From: Alphaproteobacteria bacterium
GTDB lineage: Bacteria > Pseudomonadota > Alphaproteobacteria > Bin95
DNA: 64,000 bases
NCBI GenBank assembly: GCA_963665325.3
Contig: CAXXWS020000003.1
Span: 1 to 64,000 of the forward strand
Direction: 5' to 3'
Position numbers and translations under genes: made by a program. Below are positions 31,330 through 40,684 of the stretch, piece by piece. The notes beneath the pieces were generated by a model. It worked only from the letters and a program-made list of their open reading frames with translations. It did not search any database and had not been told where the DNA came from. Positions within the stretch are counted from its first letter, which is position 1. Each line of letters opens with the position of its first letter.

Positions 31330-32190
31330 TTACCTGCCGTGGCAAATATCCGCGATTTCGCGGCCGACAGCGCTTGCGGCCTCGTTGTCGAGGCCCGGCC
31401 TCTCCAGCATCTGAATCCCGATCCTGTCCAACTTGGGCAACAGCGAAGGCCGGTTGAGGACCGTCAGATCGTTGGGCACGAGGTTTTCCGGCATTGCGGT
31501 AATCGCCCAGCCCGACCGGACGGCACGGTCAAGAACCCGGTCGTTCCAGCTTGTCAGGGCCACACGGTAGGCCACGCTCCGGCCCTCCAGCGCGGCCAGC
31601 GCCGCGGCACGGACGGGGCATCCCTCCGGATAGCCCGCGAAAATGATGGGCCTGTCCTCGTCGAATGCGAAATCCGGAGCGCCCACCCACTGCAGGCGTG
31701 GCTGGCTCAACATCGTCGCCGAGGGCGTTTCTTCCGCCTGGACAAGGAGGGCCAGGTCCAGGCTACCCGCCTCGAGCGCCTGCTGCAGCCCGGCACCGAA
31801 ATCGCAGGCGACTTCCAGCTCGACCGCCGCATACCGCTCGCGAACGCGCTCGGGAAGCTCGGCCAGCAGTCTCGCGCCGAAGCCCTCGACCGCACCGACC
31901 CGGACAGGGCCGGTAACCGTCCGGACCCCTGCATCGAGAAAGAGGCGGTCGTGCTGGTCTAGCAATGTCCGTACTCTCGGAAGCAGCTCCTCACCCACCG
32001 GCGTCAGCCGCACATTGAACCGGGCCCGGAGGAACAAGCGCACTCCAAGCTGCTGTTCAAGCACCCGGACGCGTGTCGATATGGCCCCCTGCGAGCAGCC
32101 GATCGACCGGGCGGCGGCGGTGAAGCTCCGCTCGGTGGCGACGCTTACGAAAGCGCGCAGGAGCTTGAACTCGATATCGGATGTTGCCAT
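31330..32190 (-). CDS. LysR-family transcriptional regulator
   Basis: LLRAFVSVATERSFTAAARSIGCSQGAISTRVRVLEQQLGVRLF…LTPVGE. Confidence 0.92.
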   Translation of the reverse strand: MATSDIEFKLLRAFVSVATERSFTAAARSIGCSQGAISTRVRVLEQQLGVRLFLRARFNVRLTPVGEELLPRVRTLLDQHDRLFLDAGVRTVTGPVRVGAVEGFGARLLAELPERVRERYAAVELEVACDFGAGLQQALEAGSLDLALLVQAEETPSATMLSQPRLQWVGAPDFAFDEDRPIIFAGYPEGCPVRAAALAALEGRSVAYRVALTSWNDRVLDRAVRSGWAITAMPENLVPNDLTVLNRPSLLPKLDRIGIQMLERPGLDNEAASAVGREIADICHGR

Positions 32191-32307
32191 TCGATCATTT
32201 GGCACAATTGGAGATCCCGTTCGCCGGTGCTCTATGTCTTCCGATAATAGCTCAACCGAAGCTTCCATCTCCTGTCGTCTCCAAACGCAGGAAATAGTTG
32301 CCCAGGA

Positions 32308-33638
32308 TGAACCGCCTCGGGTTTCCCGGAGGCAGTTCACCCTGCGAGCTGGAGCCAAATCCAGAAGAAAGCAAAGAGCACCGGCTGGTGGAGCAGGTAA
32401 TAAACGAGGCTGTGGCGCCCGATGAAGCGGACGATGCTTCCCGACCTTCCCTCAAGCCTCGGCGTCGCCAGCACCGGCAGCCAGCCTGCCCGGTGGCACA
32501 CCTTCGCCGCCCCGACCCCGAGAAGCGCCGGAGCCAGCCACGGGAACACCGGGCGGAAATCGCTGGTCACCGGCGCGACGCTTCCGAGGCCGAGCCAGCT
32601 CAAGGCGAATGCGTTCAGCCATTCGATCACGATGAACTCATCGATCAGGAAGATCGCCGCCGCTGCTGCCACCGCCAACCACCAAGGGGCGCGAAGGAAT
32701 GCGAGCCCAGCGATGCTCGCAATCGCAATCATATGCAGGATACCGAAGAAGACGTACATCTCCGGCGTCACAAATCGGGTCACCGCGGTAATCGCAAGCG
32801 CAGCCAGCACGATGATGACGAGGCGCCGTCCCCAGGACCGCCACCGGACCTCTTCTCTGTGTGCGAGATAGAGGCTCGCGCCCGTGAGAAAGAGAAAGCT
32901 CCCAGCGACGACGGTGGCAAGGGTCCACCAATGCAGCTGGTCCGAGTAGCCGTATTCTTCCAGGCCGAAAAACTCAAGGTCGTAAACAAAGTGGAAGACG
33001 GTCATGCCGATAAGGGCCATGCCCCGGAGGAAATCCACGAGCGCAATGCGGGGGATCGCGCCCGACGAAGAGACCGCCCGGCTTGCATCATCCTTCAGAG
33101 CTTGGGGCTTCCCTGCCAATCTCCGCGCCATCCCGGCAATTCCCTTCATCGACAAGAATTACTGGACTGCACAATGAGGTTATACAATAGCATGGCAATC
33201 GCCTGAGAGGTTTTGGAGACAGGACTCGGCAGGCCGGAACCTTCGCAAAGTGAGCGCTGGAACCGCCTGCGCCGGACGGCGCACGTGATGGTCTGAATCT
33301 TCGGATCGGCCTGCACAGGCACAGCAGGGCTACCAAGCCCGTTCCATTACGCGAGCGGAGCACCGCTCGGAAGAGCCGGGCAAGACGATCGGGACAGCAT
33401 CGTCGAAGCCGGCTGCCATGCCTGCGTCATTAGGCGGCCGGGCAGGTCCCGTACGCCGGCAGCTTTGACCGGCTCCGATGCACCGCGACATCAAACTCGT
33501 TGCGCACCGTCGCACGCTGGACTGCTCCTTGAATGAACGGCACTGCTGTTCTTGTCGGGCCACCACGATGCGAACCAGTCCCTGTACCGCCGCTCGAAGC
33601 GCAAGGTGAAAAATTCACCTTTGATCCGGGGCGGTTCA
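32308..33638. mobile_element. Possible non-autonomous element with IS3-type ends carrying a passenger gene
   Basis: TGAACCGCCTCGG at 32308 and CCGGGGCGGTTCA ending at 33638 (12/13 inverted match), flanked by GGA on both sides. Confidence 0.5.
32337..33155 (-). CDS. DUF1624 / HGSNAT-catalytic-domain-like membrane protein
   Basis: RIALVDFLRGMALIGMTVFHFVYDL, FFGILH, D..PVFPW, GRHSLVYYLLHQP. Confidence 0.88.
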   Translation of the reverse strand: MSMKGIAGMARRLAGKPQALKDDASRAVSSSGAIPRIALVDFLRGMALIGMTVFHFVYDLEFFGLEEYGYSDQLHWWTLATVVAGSFLFLTGASLYLAHREEVRWRSWGRRLVIIVLAALAITAVTRFVTPEMYVFFGILHMIAIASIAGLAFLRAPWWLAVAAAAAIFLIDEFIVIEWLNAFALSWLGLGSVAPVTSDFRPVFPWLAPALLGVGAAKVCHRAGWLPVLATPRLEGRSGSIVRFIGRHSLVYYLLHQPVLFAFFWIWLQLAG

Positions 33639-34350
33639 GGATTCGTCTATGTGGCCTTCGTGATCGATGCCTTCGCACGCCGGATCGTCGGATGGCGGGT
33701 GAGCCGCACGGCCCATGCAAGCTTCGTTCTGGATGCCCTGGAACAGGCGATACATGCCCGGAAGCCCGCTAGAGCCGAATCCATTCGAATTGAACCGCAA
33801 CTGGAACCGGGCCCAAAATCGTCACCCCGGCCCCCGATCCGGGGTCCAGAACCGCCTTCGAAACCTGGTGAAGCCCCGGTAGTCTGAACCCCGGATCTCC
33901 GCTCCGCTCCGTCCGGGGTGACAATTGAGGCTGCGCGTTCGACTTCGTTTCAACTCGAACGGACCGTGCTCTAGGGGATCGGGCCTCGTGCATCACAGCG
34001 ACCGCGGCGTCCAATACCTGTCGATCAAATACTCCGAGCGCCTGGCCGAAGCCGGGATCGATCCTTCGGTCGGCAGTGTCGGCGACAGTTACGACAACGC
34101 GTTGGCCGAAACGATCAACGGCCTCTACAAGGCCGAGGTGATCCACCGGCACGGCCCGTGGAGATCGTTCGAGGCCGTCGAATACGCCACCCTCGAATGG
34201 GTGGACTGGTTCAATAATCGCCGCCTGCTCGGCCCCATCGGTAACATCCCGCCCGCTGAGGCCGAAGCAAATTACTATGCTGCCAGCGAGAACCTCGATA
34301 TGGCTGCATGACTCAGACCAAACTGCCTCCGGGAAACCCGGGGCAGTTCA
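33639..34350 (+). mobile_element. IS3-family 3' remnant (OrfB integrase core plus right end), interrupted by a MITE
   Basis: GFVYVAFVIDAFARRIVGW…HHSDRGVQY…DNALAETING; right end …CCGGGAAACCCGGGGCAGTTCA at 34350. Confidence 0.9.
33769..33974. mobile_element. MITE (about 200 bp) with CTAG ends containing REP-like palindromes
   Basis: CTAGAGCCGAATCCATTCGAATTGAA…TTCAACTCGAACGGACCGTGCTCTAG; removing it restores the OrfB frame (…RKPARGSGLVHH…). Confidence 0.85.
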
Positions 34351-34525
34351 CAAGGCGGTCAAGGGCTTGCCAAACTTGAAGGAGTCTCAAGTCAGGCTCT
34401 AATATGTCATTTACTCATATGCACGTCAAGGAGCCAGGGTGCCTAGAACGCGCCGCGCAGGAACCGGATCCCGGTCCGGCGCTTCCTGTGGAACCTCCGG
34501 GGATATCTGCGTTGGTGCAAGTTGT

Positions 34526-34760
34526 TCAGCGAATGTATCGGGGCATGCGGTCAGGAGCGATCCCCGGGATCGTCATCAGGCGCGCCGCTCCTTCGTCCAG
34601 ACGCGTGCTGGCCCGGATCTCCTTTTCCAACCCGCCGATCTTCTCATTGAGATCGCGCCCGCGGTAGCTTGCGCCTGTTGCAAACCCAAGATGCTGCAGG
34701 GTACCGACGCAATCGAAACGGGCTGCTCCAGGGTTATGGAAAGATCCGCAAGCATTCGGC
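34526..34760 (-). pseudogene. IS110-family transposase internal remnant
   Basis: …DLNEKIGGLEKEIRA…AARLMTIPGIAP (helix-hairpin motif), frameshifted. Confidence 0.6.
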
Positions 34761-34776
34761 CTTCGGGAGTCACAGG

Positions 34777-35499
34777 ATGACCGGCCCAGCCCCCGGCGGC
34801 ACGTCTGCCGCGCAAGACGCCGGAAAGTCGGGAGGTGGCGGCGTTGGTACGGCACCCGCTCCGGCGCGGAAGACCATCGGTTCGGTGGCCAGCGACGCCA
34901 TCCGCGAGGGGCTGACCAACGAGCAGGCGCTGGAACGCGTCCTGGCGGAATTCCCTTATGCGCGGACGACGAAGCACACGATTGGCAAGTATCGCCGCAT
35001 GCTCAGGAACGGGGGCGAGCCGGTTCCGACAGCGGCCCAGGCGAAGGCCGAAGCGGCGCACAGACAGCCCTCCACGTCGCCGTCGCGCCCGCGCGGCGCC
35101 TCGTCGGATCGGCGGCGTTCCACGCCACCATCGGAACGGGAGACCGTGGGCTCGGTGGCGATGAACGCCATTCGCGATGACAAGACCAACAGACAGGTCG
35201 TCGAAATCGTGAAGGCGCGCTTTCCTGAGGCCCAGATATCGGGGTCCTCGGTCAATTCCTATCGCAGTCGGCTGCGCCGCCGGGGAGAAGCCGTCCTGAC
35301 GGCGCGCGAGGCGACCGACGCCTACACGGCCGGTTCCGGTCCGCTCGTCGCGGAGCTGGAGGCGGCCAGGGCCGCGCGCGACGAGATGGCGACGAAGGCC
35401 GACCTTTCCGCCCTGGAAGCGCGTCTCGTCCGGCGCCTCGCCGGGCTGGTCATCGCCGCGGGCATAGCGGTGGTTGGCGCGGTAACGCTGCTTTCCTGA
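34777..35499 (+). CDS. Protein with two repeated ~60-aa basic helical domains and a C-terminal DUF1640/CCDC90-like coiled coil with TM anchor
   Basis: T[IV]GSVA..AIR…TN.Q..E.V.A.FP.A……[IV]..YR..LR..GE.V.TA occurs twice; MATKADLSALEARL followed by a hydrophobic tail. Confidence 0.75.
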   Translation: MTGPAPGGTSAAQDAGKSGGGGVGTAPAPARKTIGSVASDAIREGLTNEQALERVLAEFPYARTTKHTIGKYRRMLRNGGEPVPTAAQAKAEAAHRQPSTSPSRPRGASSDRRRSTPPSERETVGSVAMNAIRDDKTNRQVVEIVKARFPEAQISGSSVNSYRSRLRRRGEAVLTAREATDAYTAGSGPLVAELEAARAARDEMATKADLSALEARLVRRLAGLVIAAGIAVVGAVTLLS

Positions 35500-35526
35500 G
35501 GAGAGCGGCGCCCTGTGGTGCAAACG

Positions 35527-35594
35527 GGCTCTGTTGCAAACCCGGCTTTCCCGGCCGCGTCTCCAAGTCTCGCCAGGTTTGCAACAACAGGGCC
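35527..35594. repeat. IS6-type terminal-repeat mini-element
   Basis: GGCTCTGTTGCAAA … TTTGCAACAACAGGGCC. Confidence 0.5.
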
Positions 35595-35914
35595 GCTGAA
35601 ATTGCCCGCAACCGGGTCGCCACGACAGAATTCGGACCGGCTCGAAATCGAGCCAAGGGCCGCCCCCGCCACATCGCGAGGACGATGGCAGAGGCGGCTG
35701 TTGCAACACACCCCTAGGGAAAGGGTGTGGCGCGCACGCTAATGTTTCGGCCGCTGAAGATCAACAGCGACCGGATCCCGGCCGGCGGTGCAAGAGCGTG
35801 GCGCCGGTCGCGGTATCCGGCGGACCGTCCCGCCCTGGAATGTCGGTCCGTCGCGCCCGCGGCCGCGCTGGCGCGACCCTCCCGGCAAGGCGACCCCGTT
35901 CGACTGCGGGGCGA

Positions 35915-36092
35915 CCTGAAGACCTCCCAGGTCCCGGTGGAGTGCTTCTGTGCGTGCCATGGTTCTTCGACCCCGGGATGCCCCACTTCGCCTCACCATA
36001 TCGGCTGGTGGGTGTTGCCTTCGACCATGACAACGGTCTCGGCGCATCCATTTCGTGCCATTTCGGAGCTCAATAGCCCGGCCCGCACCGGC
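35915..36092 (-). ncRNA. Group II intron domain I fragment (no RT ORF)
   Basis: Minus strand GGGCCGGGCTATTGAGCTCCGAAAT…GCCGAGACCGTT…GAAGGCAACAC…GGGGTCGAAGAACCATGGCACG…GGGACCTGGGAGGTC follows the order of conserved group IIB DI blocks. Confidence 0.55.
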
Positions 36093-36149
36093 CGCCGCAG
36101 AAGACAATCCCGACTGACCAAAATCCAGGCGCCCGGAGCCATGCTCAAG

Positions 36150-36221
36150 GCCGGCCGGAACTTATTGAAATCCGCGGCCGGGACTTAGTGAAATACCCGG
36201 CCGGAATCTCTGAAATACGCA
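36150..36221. mobile_element. Isolated IS21-type end inserted into the second istA
   Basis: rc TGCGTATTTCAGAGATTCCGGCCGG with reiterated ATTTCA…CCGGCC units. Confidence 0.6.
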
Positions 36222-37030
36222 AACGGCAGGAACGCGGCACGAACCCCCAGTGCGCGGCAAAGCGCAGGAACTCCGCGTTGAGCACCAGGCCACCGTCGGC
36301 GGAGCGGTCATCGGACAGCACGACGGCACGCATCTGGTCGAACAGCAGCTCGTCGGGAACCCCGCCGAACGTTTCGAAGGCGCTCTCCAGCCCTTCCATC
36401 AGGATCGCCATCGTCTGACGCGGGAAGAAGCGCAGCCAGAGCAGCCGGGAGTAGCTGAGCACGATCACAAGCGCATGGCGCCGGCCCCAGGGAAGCCGGA
36501 ACGTCCCGAAGTCCACCTGACCCTGGCGGCCCGCCGGCGTCTCGAACCGCACCACCGCCTCGACCGGCTCAGACGGCCGCGTCGCACGCACATAGTCCAG
36601 AACGCGGCGATAGCCGCCCGGGTAACCCGCCGCGCGGACCTCGTCGAACAGACGCTTCGCCGAGAGCTTCGGGAACGCCACAAGGCGCGCGTCGATGATC
36701 CCCTTGTAGGGATCCAGCTTGTGAGCCACCGGGGGACGCGCAGCATAGCCTCGCGGGCCGGCACACAAATCGCGGTCCAGTTGGCCTGTCTCGATCCAGT
36801 AGTGGATCGTGCGGCGGTTCACCCCGAACCGCCGCGACAGCTCAGCCTTCGAGACACCCTGGTCCAGATAGTGCTTCAACAACATCCTCGTCTCCCATCC
36901 ATAGATCCGTGCGCTGACCCCGCTCCGTTGGCAAAGCCAACACGGCGGCCCGACGCGCCTTCAGCGACAAGCCAAAAAAATGAGAAATCTTGGGTTGCCA
37001 TAAATGGAAGACTTGCGGGTGCCACCAACA
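36222..37030 (-). mobile_element. Truncated IS21-family element (left end plus 5' istA)
   Basis: Left end rc TGTTGGTGGCACCCGC; IstA motifs RFETPAGRQGQVDFG, LSYSR, FDQMRAVV; truncated at 36221. Confidence 0.85.
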
Positions 37031-37152
37031 CGAGCTCGGGACGCGGATTTCAGAGACCCGGTCGTGTTGTCCGGCGCCCCGATTTGGCTGCCGGTCAGGC
37101 TAACGGCATATCGATCTGTCTCCCATTGGCGGGGTCAATATTGAAGGTCGAC

Positions 37153-37350
37153 CTAATTCCGCTCTCCGGACATGAGCTTGTCGATCGCTTCTCCTATGCG
37201 CTCGGCCGCAGCTTCGATTTCCCGGTCCCCCACATGGGCGTAGCGCAGCGTCAACTGCACGTTGGAATGCCCGAGCAGCCTGGAGACCACAGGCACGGAC
37301 ACTCCGTTCATCACAGCATGGCTCGCCATGGTATGGCAAATATCGTGTAT
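37153..37350 (-). pseudogene. 3' stub of an arm-type tyrosine integrase
   Basis: IHDICHTMASHAVMNG…LLGHSNVQLTLRYAHVGDREIEAAAERIGEAI*, closely similar to the C-terminus of 11748..13055. Confidence 0.8.
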
Positions 37351-37548
37351 TTAATCTAACCACCGCCCAGCGCCGACCAGTGCCGACTGAACTACGATTA
37401 ATCACGGTATAACAACTATCTATGAGATATTCAGTCCGACCGGAAGGGGTTGCACTGCCGCCCGCCACCGCCTATAACCGGCTCGATTATGACACCGGTC
37501 GGTTCCTATGTGTTTACGATCCGGGACCGAAAAATTCCAGGATCCGGG

Positions 37549-38739
37549 ATGCCCGCACGAAACGCGATCAGGATTTCCAAGCGCTCGGTGGACGCGCTGA
37601 GGGTCGAGCGCGGCGACGCGGTGTTCTGGGACCGCGACCTGACCGGCTTCGGCGTCAGGGTGTATGCGACGGGGCGCAAGGTCTACGTGGTGCAGATGCG
37701 GGGGCTGGCGGGCAGCATGAAACGCGCCACGCTCGGCGCGCACGGCGAGATGGCGCCCGACGAGGCGCGCAAGGACGCGGCGGGCGTGCTCGACCGCATC
37801 CGGCGCGGCGAGGAGCCGTTCCCGCCCGCACCTGAGGCGGAGCCCACCGTCGCGGACCTGGCGGCACGCTACATGAAGGCGCATGTCGAGGTGAACTGCC
37901 AACCGGGAACGGTGGAGACCTTCCGGCGCATTGTGGACCGCTACATCGTGCCCGAGCTCGGCCATCTGGCGCTGTCGGCGGTGGAGCGTTCGCATGTGTC
38001 GGACCTGCACTTCGGGATGCGGGACAAGCCGTCCCAGGCGAACCAGACGGTCGGCGTGCTCTCGAAGATGTTCCGGCTCGCCGAGGCGTGGGGGATGACG
38101 CCGCCCCGGCGCAATCCGTGCCGCTCGGTGCGGCCTTACACGAAGACCCGGCGCGAGCGGTTCCTGACGCCCGAGGAATACCGCACGCTCGGCCGGGTGC
38201 TGGACGAGGCCGAAACGCAGGGCGGGTTTCTTCCCTCGGGGGTGGCGGCGATCCGCCTGCTGCTGCTGACCGGGTGCCGCAAGAACGAGATCGTCACGCT
38301 CCGGTGGGACGACATCGACCGCACGGCGGGCGAGATCCGGCTCCGCTGTACGAAAACCGGGGCGCGGCGCATCCCGCTGACGCCGGCGGTGGAATGGGTG
38401 CTGGCCGGCGTTCCGCGCATCGAGGGCAATCCCTGGGTGATCGCGGGCCAGAAGCCGGGGGACCATCTGAAGAACCTCGACCAGGTCTGGGCGCGCCTGC
38501 GCCGCCGCGCCGGGCTGAAGGACGTGCGGATTCACGACTGCCGACATTCGTATGCCTCGCGGGCGCTGGCGATCGGCGAGGGCCTGCCGACGATCGGCAA
38601 GCTGCTGGGCCACCGCAAGGTGACGACGACCGCGCGCTATGCGCATCTCGCGCGCGACACCGAGAAGGCCTCGGCGGTCAGGGTCGGGGGCAGCATCGGC
38701 GCGGACATTCTCGGCGGCGGGGAAGGCCGGGCGGCGTAG
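37549..38739 (+). CDS. Tyrosine integrase with arm-binding domain, pair 2 member A
   Basis: FWDRDLTGFGVRVYATGRKVY; TGCRKNE, TKTG, HDCRH, LLGH, ARYAH. Confidence 0.94.
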   Translation: MPARNAIRISKRSVDALRVERGDAVFWDRDLTGFGVRVYATGRKVYVVQMRGLAGSMKRATLGAHGEMAPDEARKDAAGVLDRIRRGEEPFPPAPEAEPTVADLAARYMKAHVEVNCQPGTVETFRRIVDRYIVPELGHLALSAVERSHVSDLHFGMRDKPSQANQTVGVLSKMFRLAEAWGMTPPRRNPCRSVRPYTKTRRERFLTPEEYRTLGRVLDEAETQGGFLPSGVAAIRLLLLTGCRKNEIVTLRWDDIDRTAGEIRLRCTKTGARRIPLTPAVEWVLAGVPRIEGNPWVIAGQKPGDHLKNLDQVWARLRRRAGLKDVRIHDCRHSYASRALAIGEGLPTIGKLLGHRKVTTTARYAHLARDTEKASAVRVGGSIGADILGGGEGRAA

Positions 38740-38769
38740 CGCCCGGAAGAGACCGGAGACGGAGAGGAC

Positions 38770-39978
38770 ATGGCGCGGCTCGGGACGAAGAAGATTTCGC
38801 GGCGGACGGTCGAGGCGCTGAGGGTGGAGAAGGACACCATCTTCTGGGACAGCGAGCTGGCGGGCTTCGGGGTGCGCGTCCATCCGACGGGGCGGAAGGT
38901 CTACATCGCGCAGACCCGCGCGGGCGGCAGGGCGGCCAAACGGGTGACGGTGGGACGGCACGGCGTCATCACCGCGGAGGAGGCCCGGCGCCGCGCCGCG
39001 CTGATCGTTGCCCGGATCAAGGCGGGCGAGGAGGCGATCCCCGAGCCGATGGCCGCGAAACCGGCCGGGGGGCCGAGCGTGGGAGCGTTGGCCGGGCGCT
39101 GGCTCGAGCAGCATGTGGCGGTGCGCTGCAAGCCGAAGACGCAATCCATGTACCGCCTTGTTGTCGCGAAGTACATCCTGCCGGAACTCGGCAAGCGCCC
39201 GGCGCCGGCGGTAGGCCACAAGGAGGTGACGGAGCTTCATCACTCGCTGAGCGCAACGCCGGTGATGGCGAACCATGTGGTCGATGTCCTGTCGCGGATC
39301 TACAACGCCGCCGAGGACCGTGGAGATATCCCGGAGGCGACCAACCCGTGCCGGCAGGTGGTCAAGAACCGCGAGCGCAGGCGCGAGCGGTTCCTGACCG
39401 ACGAGGAGTTCCGGCGCCTGGGCCGGGTGCTGGACGAGGCGGAGACCCGCAAGGGGGTCTCGGTGCACGCCGTGGCGGCGATCCGGCTGCTGCTGCTGAC
39501 CGGCTGCCGCAAGGGCGAGATCCTGAACCTGCGCTGGGACCAGGTGGATCTGGAGGCGAGCGAGCTCCGCATACCCGAGACGAAAACGGGTCCCCGGACG
39601 ATTTCGCTGTCGCCGGAGGCGGCGGCGGTGCTGTGCGGGACACCCCGGCGGTGTGGCAATCCGTTCGTGATACCGGGGAAGCTCAGGGGCAAGGCGATGC
39701 GCAACCTCAACGACCCCTGGGAGATCGTCTGCAAGCGCGCCGGACTGGAGGACATGCGGCTTCACGACTGCCGGCACAGCTACGCGTCCAGGGCGCTCGC
39801 ACTCGGCGAATCCCTGCCGATGATCGGCCGGCTGCTCGGTCACACGCAGGTGGAGACCACCGCGCGCTATGCGCATCTCGCGGAGGCCTCGGTGAAGGAA
39901 TCGGCGGTGCGGGTGGCGGACAGCATTGCCGGCGATCTTCTGGCGAAGTATCCGGGGACCGGGAGCGTCGCCGGTTGA
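38770..39978 (+). CDS. Tyrosine integrase with arm-binding domain, pair 2 member B
   Basis: FWDSELAGFGVRVHPTGRKVY; TGCRKGE, TKTG, HDCRH, LLGH, ARYAH. Confidence 0.94.
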   Translation: MARLGTKKISRRTVEALRVEKDTIFWDSELAGFGVRVHPTGRKVYIAQTRAGGRAAKRVTVGRHGVITAEEARRRAALIVARIKAGEEAIPEPMAAKPAGGPSVGALAGRWLEQHVAVRCKPKTQSMYRLVVAKYILPELGKRPAPAVGHKEVTELHHSLSATPVMANHVVDVLSRIYNAAEDRGDIPEATNPCRQVVKNRERRRERFLTDEEFRRLGRVLDEAETRKGVSVHAVAAIRLLLLTGCRKGEILNLRWDQVDLEASELRIPETKTGPRTISLSPEAAAVLCGTPRRCGNPFVIPGKLRGKAMRNLNDPWEIVCKRAGLEDMRLHDCRHSYASRALALGESLPMIGRLLGHTQVETTARYAHLAEASVKESAVRVADSIAGDLLAKYPGTGSVAG

Positions 39979-40204
39979 ATGGCGGGATCGCGAACCGCGG
40001 CAGCCACACGGCCGTCCTTGCCGGTGAGACGGAAGCTGCTCCGTCCATCGCCGCCCGGCATGTTGACTGCCGTAGTCACGTTCGGCATGACGCGCACGGA
40101 CTCCGCGGGCCGCCGGCCCGGCCTGCCGGGTCCGATGTGCCGCCCGGGTATCCGCGGCGCGCCCGGCGCCCCGCGATGGCCACCGCCCGCAAGCGGACGA
40201 CGTG

Positions 40205-40423
40205 TCAGTGCTCGGTGGATTCCAGTTTCTCGCCGAGCTGCTTCAGATGCATTCCGAGCTCGACGGCGTCCCCGGGGGTCAGTCCGAAGGCGAGGCGCAC
40301 GGGTTCGTCCGGGTCGACGCGGTACTCGAGCTCGACACCGACATACGCCGCTCCGTCCGCGGTGGTGAGCTTGCGCAGGCGCACCTTCTCGATGGGTGGA
40401 ACGCGCTTCGGGACATCGCTCAT
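40205..40423 (-). CDS. Small hypothetical protein (72 aa)
   Basis: MSDVPKRVPPIEKVRL…; GC3-rich codons, protein-like composition. Confidence 0.55.
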   Translation of the reverse strand: MSDVPKRVPPIEKVRLRKLTTADGAAYVGVELEYRVDPDEPVRLAFGLTPGDAVELGMHLKQLGEKLESTEH

Positions 40424-40444
40424 CGGACGGGCCGGGTCCGGCCC

Positions 40445-40582
40445 GTCCGCACCGGCGGATCGTCTCTGCGGTGCGGCATCGTCATCGCATCGAACCTCCA
40501 CGGCCTCGCGGGATGCCGCGACCGGGGTGGAGCCTCGTCCGGGCGCGAACCCGGCGGACTCTACGCCATGGCGGGCGCGGGC
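40445..40582. repeat. ~138-bp direct repeat, copy 1
   Basis: Ungapped alignment to 41425..41562 at a 980-bp offset. Confidence 0.9.
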
Positions 40583-40684
40583 CGATAGCGCGGGGCACGG
40601 TACTCTTGTCTTGCCCCACGCTCAGCCCGGTTCATGCAAGACAGCGAGCGAGCATGCGAACCGCGCGCACCGACCGGACCGACG

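Noticed and set aside
35915-36092. DGR or retron associated with the intron-like RNA
   Set aside because: No reverse transcriptase ORF or TR/VR pair was found in the window.
37420-39876. Long antisense or alternate-frame ORFs (for example 818 aa here, also 38088..41096, 43077..45356, 58524..60554, 7445..9088)
   Set aside because: Shadow ORFs expected in high-GC coding DNA; Arg/Pro/Ala-rich with no motifs, and they overlap well-supported genes.
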